This document shows positions 13,440 through 26,043 of a stretch of 64,000 nucleotides of DNA, in pieces. The notes under the pieces are model-generated. The model was not told where the DNA came from. It made no database searches and saw only the letters and a list, made by a program, of their open reading frames with translations. A program made the position numbers and the translations under genes. The stretch is from contig OZ024747.1 in assembly GCA_964016885.1 (NCBI GenBank), forward strand, positions 2,418,001 through 2,482,000. The letters run 5' to 3'. This stretch comes from Eledone cirrhosa (taxonomy: Eukaryota). Every line of letters starts with the position of its first letter. The first letter of the stretch is position 1.

Positions 13440-14000
13440 CTCACCTGTGGATCTTATTATTGGTTCATTCAATGTGATTGGTTTATACACTAATATCCCA
13501 CATAATTATTGACCAGAGGCTATTCAATATTGGCTCAACACATACATATGCGAATTACTGGACTGTTTAGAAACAAATTTCTTTATCGAAGGTCTCAGGT
13601 TTATTCTACAAAATAATTAATCTATGTTCAATGTACTTACCATAATGCCAAATTTGGGGAACAGCAATGGAGTGTACAAAAGTAACACTAACACATGCAA
13701 ATCTAGGTATGGGTTACCACGTCAAGGTAACCCATAACTAGATTTATGAAAAGCGACTTAAACAATTTGGAGTCAACTTAACATTTAAAAAAAATTTTCA
13801 TTTATCTTGGTGACTGTTTTATTTTATGGAAAGAAATGGTAGTACACTAGAGGGATTTAAAAATATTATAACCACCATAAATACCAATATATAATTCTCG
13901 ATAGAATTTAACAAGGAAGAACTTAACTTTTGAGATATTTTGATAATGATAATAGATGGACTGATTGAAACATATATTGATTATATATTCACAGACTCAA
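13440..14000 (+). mobile_element. Degraded Penelope-like reverse transcriptase fragment
   Basis: Manual translation across frameshifts gives SFNVIGLYTNIPH..EAIQYWL, FILQNN, GTAM, ANLGMGY, DCFILW and ELNF*DIL, in PLE RT motif order. Confidence 0.75.
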
Positions 14001-14004
14001 AACA

Positions 14005-14215
14005 CACTGCATCCTTTAAAACCTCCATGATTCCTGAAATTCACCGACACTACACTTGATATCCCCCCTCCATACACACACACACATGTCTATCATGACT
14101 CATACACTGTTCACTTTCCTGACATTTGTACATTATTCTATGTACTATACATGCACCTTTGATGAGTTGTAGTCCACCTGAGCACTGTACACAATAATTT
14201 CATTATTATTATCCT
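14005..14215 (+). mobile_element. CR1 3' tail copy
   Basis: Matches the 3' end of the element at 2812-3030 (ctgcatcctttaaaac ... cacctgagcactgtacacaat). Confidence 0.85.
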
Positions 14216-14224
14216 TAATATTAT

Positions 14225-14268
<44 letters not shown>

Positions 14269-14307
14269 TGTGTTGTGCTATGAGATGAATTATTATTATA
14301 TACATAT

Positions 14308-14340
<33 letters not shown>

Positions 14341-14871
14341 CACACTGTGTTGTGCTATGAGATGAATCATCGTGAATTGCTGTAACCTTTCTTCGGAAAT
14401 AGAAAAGAGTTGAGCAAGACAATAACAGTCTCTTCTCATAATAAAAAAAAAGGATATACTACTGGAATGGTTGAAACAGAGATGTGCAGCACAGCACAAA
14501 ATAGAAATAAACAAAACATAATTATATTTTATGTATGTCTATATAGGCACAACATAAACTCTGAGACATAGTTTTGATTCCTACTTTATTGTTTCATCTT
14601 TAAATCAAATCTTCCCACTTTTTAGAATAATCTTGTACATACTTTGTATTATTTCTCAAATGAACCAAATAAATAATCAGTTGCTTGGTTTAACACCACC
14701 ATCTCTGGTTATTGGATTTCTTTTGTAAAGTTCATTCTGTTGTAAACATTTGATCTAGGTCTTTGGTTTGAAGATAATCTCTTTCCTTTCTCTTACCAGT
14801 CTTGAAAAATTTGAAGAAATATAACTAAAAAAAATAAACCAACTGAACTAACAGTTAAGATATAGTGTAGA

Positions 14872-15117
14872 CCAACATTTCTCAACTGGTCTTCCCTAGA
14901 ATCCTAGGGTTTGGTAAGAGGTCACTAATTTGTTCCCTGAGAAACAGTGATAATTTGTAATTTTATTATAGACATATGGCATATTGTTGGCAAATCCTTT
15001 GTTATTTTAGTAAAGGCTTCAGCCTCTTATATTATTCAAAAGTATGTCTTTACCCATCGCTGTGTTGCTGGTGTTTTTCAAGGGTTCTACAAGGGTAAAA
15101 ATATTGAGAAACTCTTG
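14872..15117. mobile_element. hAT/Charlie-like MITE, diverged
   Basis: Ends catttctcaac ... attgagaaactc with subterminal gggtt motifs; no clear TSD. Confidence 0.45.
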
Positions 15118-15304
15118 TATAGATTGATTCACAGTCACAGAAAAGGGATTTCACATCATGTCTCTAAATCAGCTTACTTGAATTACACAGCTAATGCTCA
15201 TGAGTAGGGGAACCATGAAGATCACAACTTGCCACAGTTTCCACTTTACATCTAGCACTATGTACCCATAAAGTTTATTTTTATGTACAAACATGTATGT
15301 GTGC

Positions 15305-15530
15305 AACCTTAGTGGTTAGAGAATTGGATTCACAATCGGGAAGTTGCAGGGTTGATTCTCAAACTGGGTGATGCATTGTGTTCTTGAGCAAGATACTTTA
15401 TTTCACATCGCTCCCTCTCTCTCTGCCAGGAGTTGCAACTGGTAGATAGTATCAACAATGGAAAGACCAATAGAAACATTGTTTCCTTGGTCAGATTTGA
15501 TGATGTCCACCCCACTCGGCAAGTGAATGA
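15305..15530 (+). mobile_element. SINE family 2 variant
   Basis: cttagtggttagaga head and 'ttcttgagcaagatactttatttcacat' core; the 3' part matches the reverse complement of 42690-42790. Confidence 0.75.
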
Positions 15531-16069
15531 AATCCAGGATCTTATTGATTAGGACATCAAGATGTGTGTGTCTGCTTGCATGTGTATTTGTCTCCTTATA
15601 TATGTGTGTGTGCATGTGTGCATGTGTGTGTGCATGTGTGTGTGTGCCTACCCATATACAAACGTGTGTCAAAACAACACCCATTACGACCAATTGCATC
15701 AATGACATATTCTAGCTATATAAAAGACCCATTAAAAATAAGTAGCCAAGCAAGAGGAGATAATAATGTAGAAATACATATAAGTAGAACTTAGTAAATG
15801 TGGAGCTTCACAAATTGGATATCAACAGCTATATTCACAATACAGAAACCTGATTTAATCAATCAATGTATATATTTATGTATATATTTATGTATAATTT
15901 CCTGTTTTATTTTATCATCTTTCTATTTTTGTTGTTATTACTCTCTCTATATATATTTTCTCCCTCTCTCATCATGTATGTATATATACATATATATATA
16001 CACATATGTGCGTGTATATATATATATAAAGGATTATGAGTTCATGCAATTGACTTATGTTTCGTCACT

Positions 16070-16144
<75 letters not shown>

Positions 16145-16268
16145 CATATATATATACATATATATATATATATGTATGTATGTATCTATATATATATATG
16201 TGTATATATATATATATAGACATATATATATATAGACATATATATATAGACATATATATATATGTGTA

Positions 16269-16310
<42 letters not shown>

Positions 16311-16739
16311 CTATGTTTGTGTGTATGTAATCATGGTAGTGCCTTGCAATCTGCAAAAGGAATTATCCCTAAACTAGAACCTATAAAAAGGGACCATTAA
16401 GTATTACACCAAGATCTTAATCAGGTCTCTAAGAGATGAACAGCAATAGGGAATTAAAATAATAATAGGTGATTGATTTAGAAAGATAACTATAGAAATA
16501 TTACTAATTATATAAAGAGATTCCAACATAAACACACCAAACATACTTTCTAATGGCTTCCTTTTTATTTGTTTTGCTGTGTGTGTAGTTTTATTATTGT
16601 TTTATATATTTCTGCCTTTTATTTATTTACTTATATTTTTAGTTTGATATTTTCTTTTCCTTTTATTGGAACAAAGATTTCATTGTCTATCAATGCCTAA
16701 ACATACACATACATATACATATATACACACTCACACACA

Positions 16740-16795
<56 letters not shown>

Positions 16796-16820
16796 AGTGT
16801 GTGTGTGTATATATATATAA

Positions 16821-16990
16821 ATCATAGATCTGATAGAAATGGCTTCTATGGAACTAAAACTGTTTCATTCAAAAGAAATCATCAGGGCTTTCATGATTAT
16901 TTCTTTTGAATAAAACAGTTCTAGTCCTGTAGAAGCCATTTCTATATTAGATATGATGTTTACACTCTACTAATGTATTGAGTACACAGA
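16821..16990. mobile_element. Head-to-head inverted pair of hammerhead motifs plus tail
   Basis: Inverted repeat 16821-16957. The left arm on the minus strand reads CTGATGA-TTTCTTTTGAAT-GAAACAG. The right arm has a mutated core but keeps CTGTA-GAAGCC. Confidence 0.75.
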
Positions 16991-17568
16991 CACACAAAAG
17001 CACATATACATATGCATGATGTGTGCATTAGTATATATAATATTAAATGCATACTCATGATTTCATAGCAGAAAATAGTTTGAAATGGAAGAGATAGGAT
17101 ATCATTCAAATCTTCTTTCTTTACTTTATGATATCCAGTTAGGTTTACATTCAACTGGATACCAACATTAACATATGTTATGTGTTAAATGCTCTAAAGA
17201 TCAATATAGAAATAAACATAGAAACAGGCTTTTATGTTCCTCTTCACTTAAAGTTTATACTCAGCTCTTTAATATTTTCATACTGAAAAAGAAAAGCATT
17301 TGCCTTGCTCTAAAAGAAACAATTACACACACACACATTAACCAATAACATTTCATAAGACAACAATGAAGCTGTGAACATCTAGAAACATTGATGATGG
17401 ATTTAAGATTTGTATTGTTCCAAACTAATAATAAGAGACTTGTACAAAATATATTAATAGATAATGAGAAAATCTTGATTAAAAAAGGGGAATATTGTCC
17501 GGTGTTTTTAAACAACCTAACTCCACCACACAGACATATCAACATTTTACTGCGATTTTTGACCTCCA

Positions 17569-17780
17569 TACTGCATCCTTTAAAACCCTCATGCTTCCCG
17601 AAATTCGCCAAAATTACACCTGATATACCCCTTCCATACACATGCACACATGTGTATATCATGACTCATGCACTGTTCATTTTCCTGACGTTTGTACATT
17701 ATCCTATGTACTATACATACACTTTTTGATGAGTTGTAGTGCACCTGAGCACTGTACACAATATTTTCATTATTATTTTA
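17569..17780 (+). mobile_element. CR1 3' tail copy
   Basis: Near-identical to the reverse complement of 2815-3025. Confidence 0.9.
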
Positions 17781-17900
17781 TATGATGCTAGGTGGGTCAA
17801 ACGTTATCTTGCCATTCGTTGTGGTCCTTCATTTCATATAGACACACAGCAATAGAAATAACTGGTTAGCTTTGTGGAGTATATCGTGGCTTTTTTATTG

Positions 17901-17936
<36 letters not shown>

Positions 17937-18013
17937 GGTTAAATTTATACATATAAAATGTATATTGATAAAGAGAAGTTTTGTATATCGTTTAAATTTG
18001 TATAAATAAATAA

Positions 18014-18044
<31 letters not shown>

Positions 18045-18206
18045 ATGTGTGTGTGTATGTATATGTATATATATATATAAATGTAATCTGAGTTTTTCGA
18101 ATATTAATAATAACATTTGTTTCGTTTGCAATTATGCAAGCAAGCCTCAATTTTATAGCCATGTCAATAGAATGAACCCTTCATTCTTGCTCTTGTGTTG
18201 GTGTGC

Positions 18207-18268
18207 GAACAGACCCGCAGACACTAATGTTTCTGGGTATCACCCTTCATCAGTACAGCTCACTGTTC
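18207..18268 (-). ncRNA. Type I hammerhead ribozyme motif (left arm)
   Basis: gaacag-tgag-ctgta CTGATGA a-gggt-gat-accc-a GAAA c-a-ttag-t-GTC tgcgg-gt-ctgttc. Confidence 0.7.
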
Positions 18269-18554
18269 ACCTGTCAAACTGTCAGAGCTAGTGAAAATAT
18301 ATGATATTTTCAAAAATACACATGTAGAGCGAAATTTTTTTTTTTATTTGAATGTGGCTAAGCCGGCCATTTATCGCTTGTATACAGGAAATTGACTGGC
18401 CAGACTTCTGATATGCAAATCTGGCTGATTAGTGGATCTGCTAATATGCAGATCTGACTGATCAGCCAGTCTGCTAATATGCAAATCAGGCCAATCGGTC
18501 ACTGTATTTTTGAAAATATCATATATTTTCACTAGCTCTGACAGTTTGGCAGGT

Positions 18555-18616
18555 GAACAGTGAGCTGTACTGATGAGGGGTACTACCCAGAAACATTAGT
18601 GTTTGCAGTTCTGGTC
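18555..18616 (+). ncRNA. Type I hammerhead ribozyme motif (right arm)
   Basis: agctgta CTGATGA (18570-18576) g-gggt-act-accc-a GAAA cattagt GTT tgcagtt; helix I agctgta/tgcagtt. Confidence 0.7.
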
Positions 18617-19322
18617 GCATGCCAACACAAGAGCAAGAATGATGTGTTCATTCTACTGACATGGCTATAAAATTGAGGCTTGTTTGCATAATTGCAAACG
18701 AATCGAATGTTATTATTAATATTCGAAAAACTCAGATTACATTTATTTTATTCAGCCATGTAGAGCGAAATTTTCTTTTTATATATATATATATATACAT
18801 ATATAATGTGTGTGTATGTGTATATAAATATGTGTGTGTATGTATGCATATATATGTGTGTGTGTCTGTACATATACATATATATGTATATGTATCTGTG
18901 CACATATATATTTAAGTTTTGCAGACATATATGAAAGTTACAATAGGATAACAACATAAATACTTTTGGTGATTTTTCTCAATTAGAGAAGATTTTTTAG
19001 TTGCAGAGAGAAATTGCTACAACATAAAGCGAAGAGATTAGATGAAGATTCTCAGATGCAAGGAACTACCTAATTACTAATCTTTACCAATGCCACCTAA
19101 TTACTAATCTTTAGCAATGCCACCTAATTTTGTTCATCTAACAGGAAATAGTGTTGTTTGTGCCAATTGGCTTCAACTTCTATAGAACTATTTATGTGTT
19201 TGTACATGTATATAGTTTAGTATGTGTGTATGAACACATACGCATGTACACATATACACACACACAGAATAGACTCACACACACACACACACGTATATAT
19301 TTATATAAATATTTATATTTAC

Positions 19323-19353
<31 letters not shown>

Positions 19354-19492
19354 GACTCACACATACACGCACACACACACGTATATATTTATATAAATAT
19401 TTATATTTACATATATATATATATACACACACACACAGACTCACACATACACACACACATGTATATATTTATATAAATATTTATATTTACAC

Positions 19493-19527
<35 letters not shown>

Positions 19528-19859
19528 GACTCACACATACACACACACACACATGTATATAAATATTTATAGTTACATATATATATATATATACACACAC
19601 AAATATCTATATGTATATGTATGCATACATAGTCCAACCCTTGCTAGCAGGAAGAGTGGATGTTAAAATGATGATGATGATATATGCGTGTGTGTGCATA
19701 TATATATATATATAATTATGTATATATATATTTATGCGTGTGTATATAGGCATACAGAGAGTGAAGGAGAGCTAGATAATAATATAGTATATAAATAGAT
19801 ATATACTATATGTACTTTTGTGTGTCTATGCAAATATATATATACACTGCTGAGTAAAT

Positions 19860-19915
<56 letters not shown>

Positions 19916-20034
19916 TTTTATATATTCCTATAATTAGAAAGAAAAAAATAAAGAATCTGATTCTTCTTTACTGACAATTTTTAATTAATTAAAGTGCTAC
20001 ACACACACACACTTAAAGTGCTACACACACACAT

Positions 20035-20068
<34 letters not shown>

Positions 20069-20165
20069 GATAATTCTTTCTTATTTGTTTATGTATATTA
20101 TTTATATATTTAGTTTCTGAATTTGTTTAGCAAGATTCTTTATCTGAAATCGTGTGTTGAAACCG

Positions 20166-20239
20166 ATATTGTTATACTTTGGGAGGGTCATGTTGCCAAT
20201 AAGTATTGGCAACATGACCCTCCCAAAGTATAACAATAT
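20166..20239. repeat. Perfect palindrome, 36-bp arms with a 2-nt spacer
   Basis: atattgttatactttgggagggtcatgttgccaata-ag-tattggcaacatgaccctcccaaagtataacaatat. Confidence 0.95.
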
Positions 20240-20597
20240 TTATATATTTATTTATATATATAATAATAATAATTCTTTCTACTTTTGGCACAAAGCCATC
20301 AATTATCCCAGTGTATTACTGGTACTTTATTTTATCGACCCCAGAAGGATGAAAGGTAAAGTTAACCTCGGCAGGATTTGAACTCAGATTGGCAACTTTC
20401 CCTAATCTATTGGCTGTATTATTATTATATATATATTATTATATATATATTATTATATATATATTATTATATATATATTATTATATATATAAGGGCGGTG
20501 GATTGGCAGTATCGGTAGAGGGTCGGACTCCATGCTTTGCAGCAAAGAATTACGGCCCTTTATGGTCTGAGTTCAGATATATATATATATATATATA

Positions 20598-21965
20598 CCG
20601 GAGGAGTTCAAGACCGGCTGCCCATGGGAACTTCTATACACAGATGATCTAATGCTCATAGCCGAATCAATGGCTGAACTAGAGAAGAAATTCCAAACAT
20701 GGAAGCATGGCCTAGAATCAAAGGGCCTTAAAGTTAACTTGTCTAAGACTAAAGTTCTAGTATGTAGGAAGGAAAATAGGGCACCAGTCCCATCTGGGAA
20801 ATGGCCATGCTCAGTGTGTAGGAAAAGAGTAGGCAGAAACTCCATTTTATGTCCCAAATGCAAAGTATGGGTGCATAAAAGATGTAGTGGGATCACAGGT
20901 AAGCTCACTAAGAATATAGATTTTATATGTGGCCAGTGCTCAGGTGCAATAAGTAGTAGCAAGTGCCCACAAGATACTAGCTCCTTCCATTGCCCAGATG
21001 GTTCTATAGAAATAGTGGACACGTTCCGTTACCTGGGTGACAAAATCAGCAGTGGTGGAGGGTGCTCTGAAAGTACAGTAGCTAGAGTCAGAACGGGATG
21101 GAAAAAGTTCAGAGAGCTTACACCACTATTGGCCGCTAAAGGTTTCTCTCTAAAAATAAAAGGCAGACTGTATGATGCCTGCATACGAACAGTGATGTTA
21201 CATGGCAGTGAGACCTGGGCATTGTGTGCAGAAGATAGACGCAGACTGGAGAGGAACAAAGCTTGCATGCTCCGTTGGATGTGTAATAGTAATATACGTG
21301 AACGGCAAAGCATAAATGAACTAAGTGAGAAATTAGGAATAAGAGGGATCAGATGCTGTTTACTTGAGAGAAGACTACATTGGTATGGTCACGTGATGCG
21401 CATGAAAGACGACAATTGTATAAAAAAAGTGCAGGGCGATAAAAATAGACGGTAGCCACGGAGTAGGCAGACCCAGAAAAACCTGGGACGACTTGATAAA
21501 TTCTGACCTCACACACTTACACCTCTCCAAGACAATGTCACTGGACCGAGATCTTTGGCGCTACACAGTAATACAGAAGACCCGCCTTACCTAAATACAA
21601 AGCGGAACCTCCAGTCAGTAGGCACCTCTTAACAAAAATACACCCCCGCCCCACCGCCCCCATCCCCCCTTTTGATGTAAAGTTATGTTGGTACCACAAC
21701 ATCCAGTCCTAAATAAATGAGGTCGTGTAGGTGTCACGACAAAAAAAACACACAGTCCACACTGTAATGTGGCCGTGTAGGTAACACGGTAAAAACCTCC
21801 CAGTCCACACTGTAAACGTGGTTGGTGTTAGGAAGGGCATCCAGCCGTAGAAAACCCGCCAGACAGTCCTGAGCAAGACAACCAATCTTGCCTCAAGTGG
21901 GACAATTCCCGTCCAGACCAATGCTAGTGTGTAAGATGGACGTTAAACGATGATGATGATGATGA
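20598..21965 (+). mobile_element. RTE-clade LINE, 5'-truncated, with 3' UTR and (GAT)n tail
   Basis: ELLYTDDLMLIA, GLKVNLSKTK, FRYLG, MLHGSETW and RRLHWYGHVMRM, followed by GRPRKTW across a frameshift. Confidence 0.93.
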
Positions 21966-22152
21966 TGATATATATATATATATATATATATATCTTATAC
22001 ACACAGATATATATAATGTACATATTATGAATGTGGATGTTGCAGTATAGTCATTTATTTATTTCTTTGTACTATTCAGAAATTATCTCTAGCTGAATTC
22101 TTAATTTAGATAATGGAAGACAACAATTAGAAACCTATATATAAATATAGTC

Positions 22153-22842
22153 ATGTATGTCTCTATCTCTGTATGTGTGTGTGTATGTGTCTATCTCTAT
22201 ATGTGTGTGTGTATATGTCTATCTCTGTATGTGTGTGTGTATGTGTCTATCTCTGTATGTGTGTGTATATGTCTATCTCTATATGTGTGTGTGTATATGT
22301 CTATGTGTGTGTGTATGTGTCTCTATCTGTATATGAGTGTGTGTATGTGTCTATCTGTGTATGAGTGTGTGTATGTGTCTCTATCTCTGTATGTGTGTGT
22401 ATGTCTGTCTATCTCTGTATGTGTGTGTGTATGTGTCTCTATCTCTGTATGTATGTGTATGTGTCTCTATCTCTGTATGAGTGTGTGTATGTCTGTCTAT
22501 CTCTGTATGAGTGTGTGTATGTGTCTCTATCTCTCTATGTGTGTGTGTATGTGTCTATCTCTGTATGAGTGTGTTTATGAATCTCTATCTCTGTATGAGT
22601 GTGTGTATGTGTCTCTATCTTTGTATGTGTGTGTGTGTATGTGTCTCTATCTCTGTATGTGTGTGTGTATGTGTCTCTATCTCTGTATGTGTGTGTGCAT
22701 ATGTGTCTCTATCTCTGTATGTGTGTGTGTGTATGTGTGTATCTCTCTATCTCTGCATGAGTGTGTGTATATCTGTATCTCTCTATCTGTGCATGTGGTG
22801 TGTGCGTGTGTGTGTGTCTCTCTCTCTCTGTGTATGTGTGTA
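22153..22842. repeat. Degenerate (TG)/(TC)-derived minisatellite
   Basis: Repeated ctctatctctgtatgtgtgtgtgtatgtgt units. Confidence 0.93.
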
Positions 22843-23035
22843 GTAAAGGAGGATGTTGTAGTGGTTTGGATCTTTGGCTCATCATTAAACGTTTGTGTTC
22901 TGTCCTTGATCAAGACATTTAATTCAATGTTACCCCAGTCCACTCAGCTGGCAAAGAAGCAGTCTTGTGACATACTGTGTTGTGCTGAAACTCTCTGAAG
23001 TCTGTGAAATTTTCTGCCACTTCTATGTTAATGTC

Positions 23036-23199
23036 CAGTGCTAGATTTACCATTGTACTTAGGTGTGCTAAAACACAGGACCCTGTTGGCCATGGGATCC
23101 TATCTTCCTGCTCAAAACTGTTTACCTTCTTCAGGGCCCAAGTAAGGGGTTTATTAACTTAACTAGCACAGGGCCTTGTGTGTCCTAAATCCAGCACTG
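23036..23199. mobile_element. hAT-like MITE
   Basis: TIRs cagtgctagattta / taaatccagcactg; the 8-bp TSD is not conserved. Confidence 0.5.
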
Positions 23200-24010
23200 A
23201 TTTTATCAGCAGGCTTATTCTTTGGTCCCTCAACTAGAACAGTCATCATTGTAACTGATGGAAGTCTGACATACATACAAGTGCTTATATGTTTGAAACA
23301 CCATTTTACGTAAGCTTACCCATAATTTGTCGTTCACACACATTAAACTTGCACATCCAATGAAGCAAGCTTGCTTTATTTCTCTCTAACTTTCACATAT
23401 CTTCTGCATTTACTCCCCAAGTCACAAATTACAAGAAATTTATTAGGTTAACACATAGTGAAAGGGAAAAAAAGAAAGTGTCTTCAATATTTTGTTTGTT
23501 AGTCCTTCATTAAGAAGTTAGTGGGAGGTTACATGAACAAAATGTTATTCTTTCTCTTAGACTTCAGGTATTTTTTGAAAGCTAAATATTGGCCCCTAAA
23601 ATACTACAGTGGGCCCTGCAATGCTACTGTGGCCGCCCTGGGACCCACTTGCCATTGGGCAACCTGGCCAGTCCGTCACTGTCTATGTCTATATATACAT
23701 TCAGACATTTGTATCTGATGGGAATGGTTATTATAATGATGACAATGATGATGATGATTCATGTGCAAAGGACAACACGAAAAGGTTGACCAATCAGTAA
23801 AAAATGTACATACAAATACTCAGATAAATGAATAGCTAGATAGATATACTGAAAGATATATAAATATTAACTAATTTTACATCGTCACCTCATTATAGTC
23901 CATCACAAAACAATAGAAAAAAAAAATATATATATATCAATGTGTGTCTGTGGGAATTTGGGCATGTATTTATGTATATATGTGTGTATAAGAGCATGTG
24001 TGCATGTATT

Positions 24011-24585
24011 CTAGGGCGGGTAAAATTCCCGAGATCCATGGACGAGTTCTCTCCAGCAGTCTCTGTCCCTCATTATCGCTGCCATGTCCTGCGTCTCCAA
24101 CAGACCAGTGTCTGTCCTTAGGGCAGCAACATACGTTAACCCTGGTCTTCCTCTTCCAGTGTGTCCATGTAGTGGCTCCCACAGGAGCACTGAGTGCAAT
24201 GTCAACTCTGGATGTCGGTGAGCATGTCCAGCTAACCCCAGTCTCCTCTGTGTCACTTTTGAGCTGACTTTTGGGAGGCTCCCATACATCTTTTCATTCT
24301 GTTTTTCATCCTCAGTGTATACTGATTAATGTTCAGAGCCATTCTCGTGTAACACCCATCCACCATCTGGGTGAGTTTCTTGGTCAGTGTCCAAGTCTCA
24401 GACCCGTACAGCAGCACAGACTCCACTACAGCAATGAATAGGCAGATTTTCAGGTCTTTATGAAGGTCCGACTTCCACACCGATCTCAAGCTGTGGCACA
24501 CCGCCCAGGCTTTGCTCTTCCTCTCAGCCACATCATCTTCCGTATTCCCAATCTTTGCTCCCAAATACAGGAAGTCCTCAACCAG
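24011..24585 (-). mobile_element. RTE-type LINE 3' fragment, second family
   Basis: DFLYLG, VESVLLYGSETWTLT, YTRM, RRLGLAGH, GRGRP and MRDRDCWR. Confidence 0.88.
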
Positions 24586-24792
24586 TGTGCATGTATGTAT
24601 GTGTATTACCAGACATATAACAATATGTGTGCCTAATATCGGCAGATTGTATCAATCTTCATGTTTTTCTTTTCAATAATGGCTTACATACATATGAAGC
24701 ACGCACACATATATACATACATACATACATACATATCATCATCATCCTCATCATCATCGTTTAACGTCTATCTTCCACGCTAGCATGGGTTT

Positions 24793-24828
<36 letters not shown>

Positions 24829-24891
24829 ATGTATATGTATATATATATTTGTATGTATATATATTTGTATGTGTATGTATATATATTTGAA

Positions 24892-24924
<33 letters not shown>

Positions 24925-24928
24925 GTAT

Positions 24929-24984
<56 letters not shown>

Positions 24985-25071
24985 TGTAACTATACATTCT
25001 AAACATGAAGAAGATGGTGATGAGATTTCTTTTTTTCTTGTATAAAAACATTTTATTTTATTTTCCATTAG

Positions 25072-25192
25072 TTTTCAACTGTCTCATTTATTATCCAATT
25101 ACTGACCCCTGATATTTTCTGTGAGACAAACCATGTTTTCTATGTCATTAATAAGCTCTATGATCAGCTAAATAAACTTCCGAGTACTAACA
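25072..25192 (+). CDS. Candidate internal exon of an unknown host gene
   Basis: Pyrimidine tract plus AG, 121 nt open (FSTVSFIIQLLTPDIFCETNHVFYVINKLYDQLNKLPSTN), GTAAAT donor; no recognised homology. Confidence 0.25.
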
Positions 25193-25871
25193 GTAAATAT
25201 TCTTAGCATTACAATAATTATTTTCATTTTGTTTAAGTACTCTCTACTTTTCATCTCTTGTTTGTAAACTAGAAAATAGACAAATACTTGTTTCAATTTG
25301 AGTGTATGAGTGTCAGCTGCAATGTTCATTGACTGACCAAGATACTCTCATGGAATGACAAAATGAGCTTTACTTTTCAACATAATCCCTGGCCAATGAT
25401 TTTTTGGGAGTGGAGGATGTTAATTAAATTGACCCCAGTGCATTACTGGTGCTTTATTTTATCAACACCTCGTAAAGATGAAAGGCAAAGCCAACCTTAG
25501 TGAGATTTGAAATCAGAACATAAAAGGCTGTAACTATATACTGAAAAGCATATTGCTCGACGCTCTACCAATACTACCAATCCACCATCTATATAAATAA
25601 TGAAGCAAGACAGGCGTTTGGTTTACAGAAATATGATGTGTCCAATGTTAAGTAGATATTTTCACATGTGTTTGTATAATTTGATTTATCTGAATTGTTT
25701 CACTATGTTTTATATTTGTCATGTAGACTGTCACAGCTTCAGATATACTAAATTATTGTTAACTATTTATCAAACACTTTCTCTATTATGTCACAAATTA
25801 GATTAGTTGGAATGTGTTGCAGTCAATACATGTCTGTCTAAATCCTACACACAGACACACACACACGCAAA

Positions 25872-26043
25872 TATGAAGGTGGGCTGACAATGAAGGAATG
25901 ATGTTAGAGCTGTGAAATATTTTCAATTCTTCTTAATAACTGTATTGTCTTTTTCCAGGGACTATGTTGAAAAGTAAACCTCATTTGGTCATTCCATGAG
26001 AATATCTTGGTCAGCCTATGAACTTGTCAGCTGAGCCTCGTAT
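25872..26043 (-). mobile_element. Tc1/mariner-type MITE
   Basis: Inverse copy of 52922-53117; ends tatgaagg... / ...cctcgta. Confidence 0.7.

Larger units (their letters stand above)
18078..18780 (+). mobile_element. Non-coding Penelope-like element with inverted pLTR-like arms
   Basis: Inverted arms of about 243 bp (18078-18320 / 18503-18745). Direct repeat catgtagagcgaaatttt at 18321 and about 18757. One hammerhead motif per arm; flanked by (TA)n. Confidence 0.8.

Noticed and set aside
17391-17729. 112-aa ORF
   Set aside because: The second half is the CR1 3' tail; the first half has no recognisable features.
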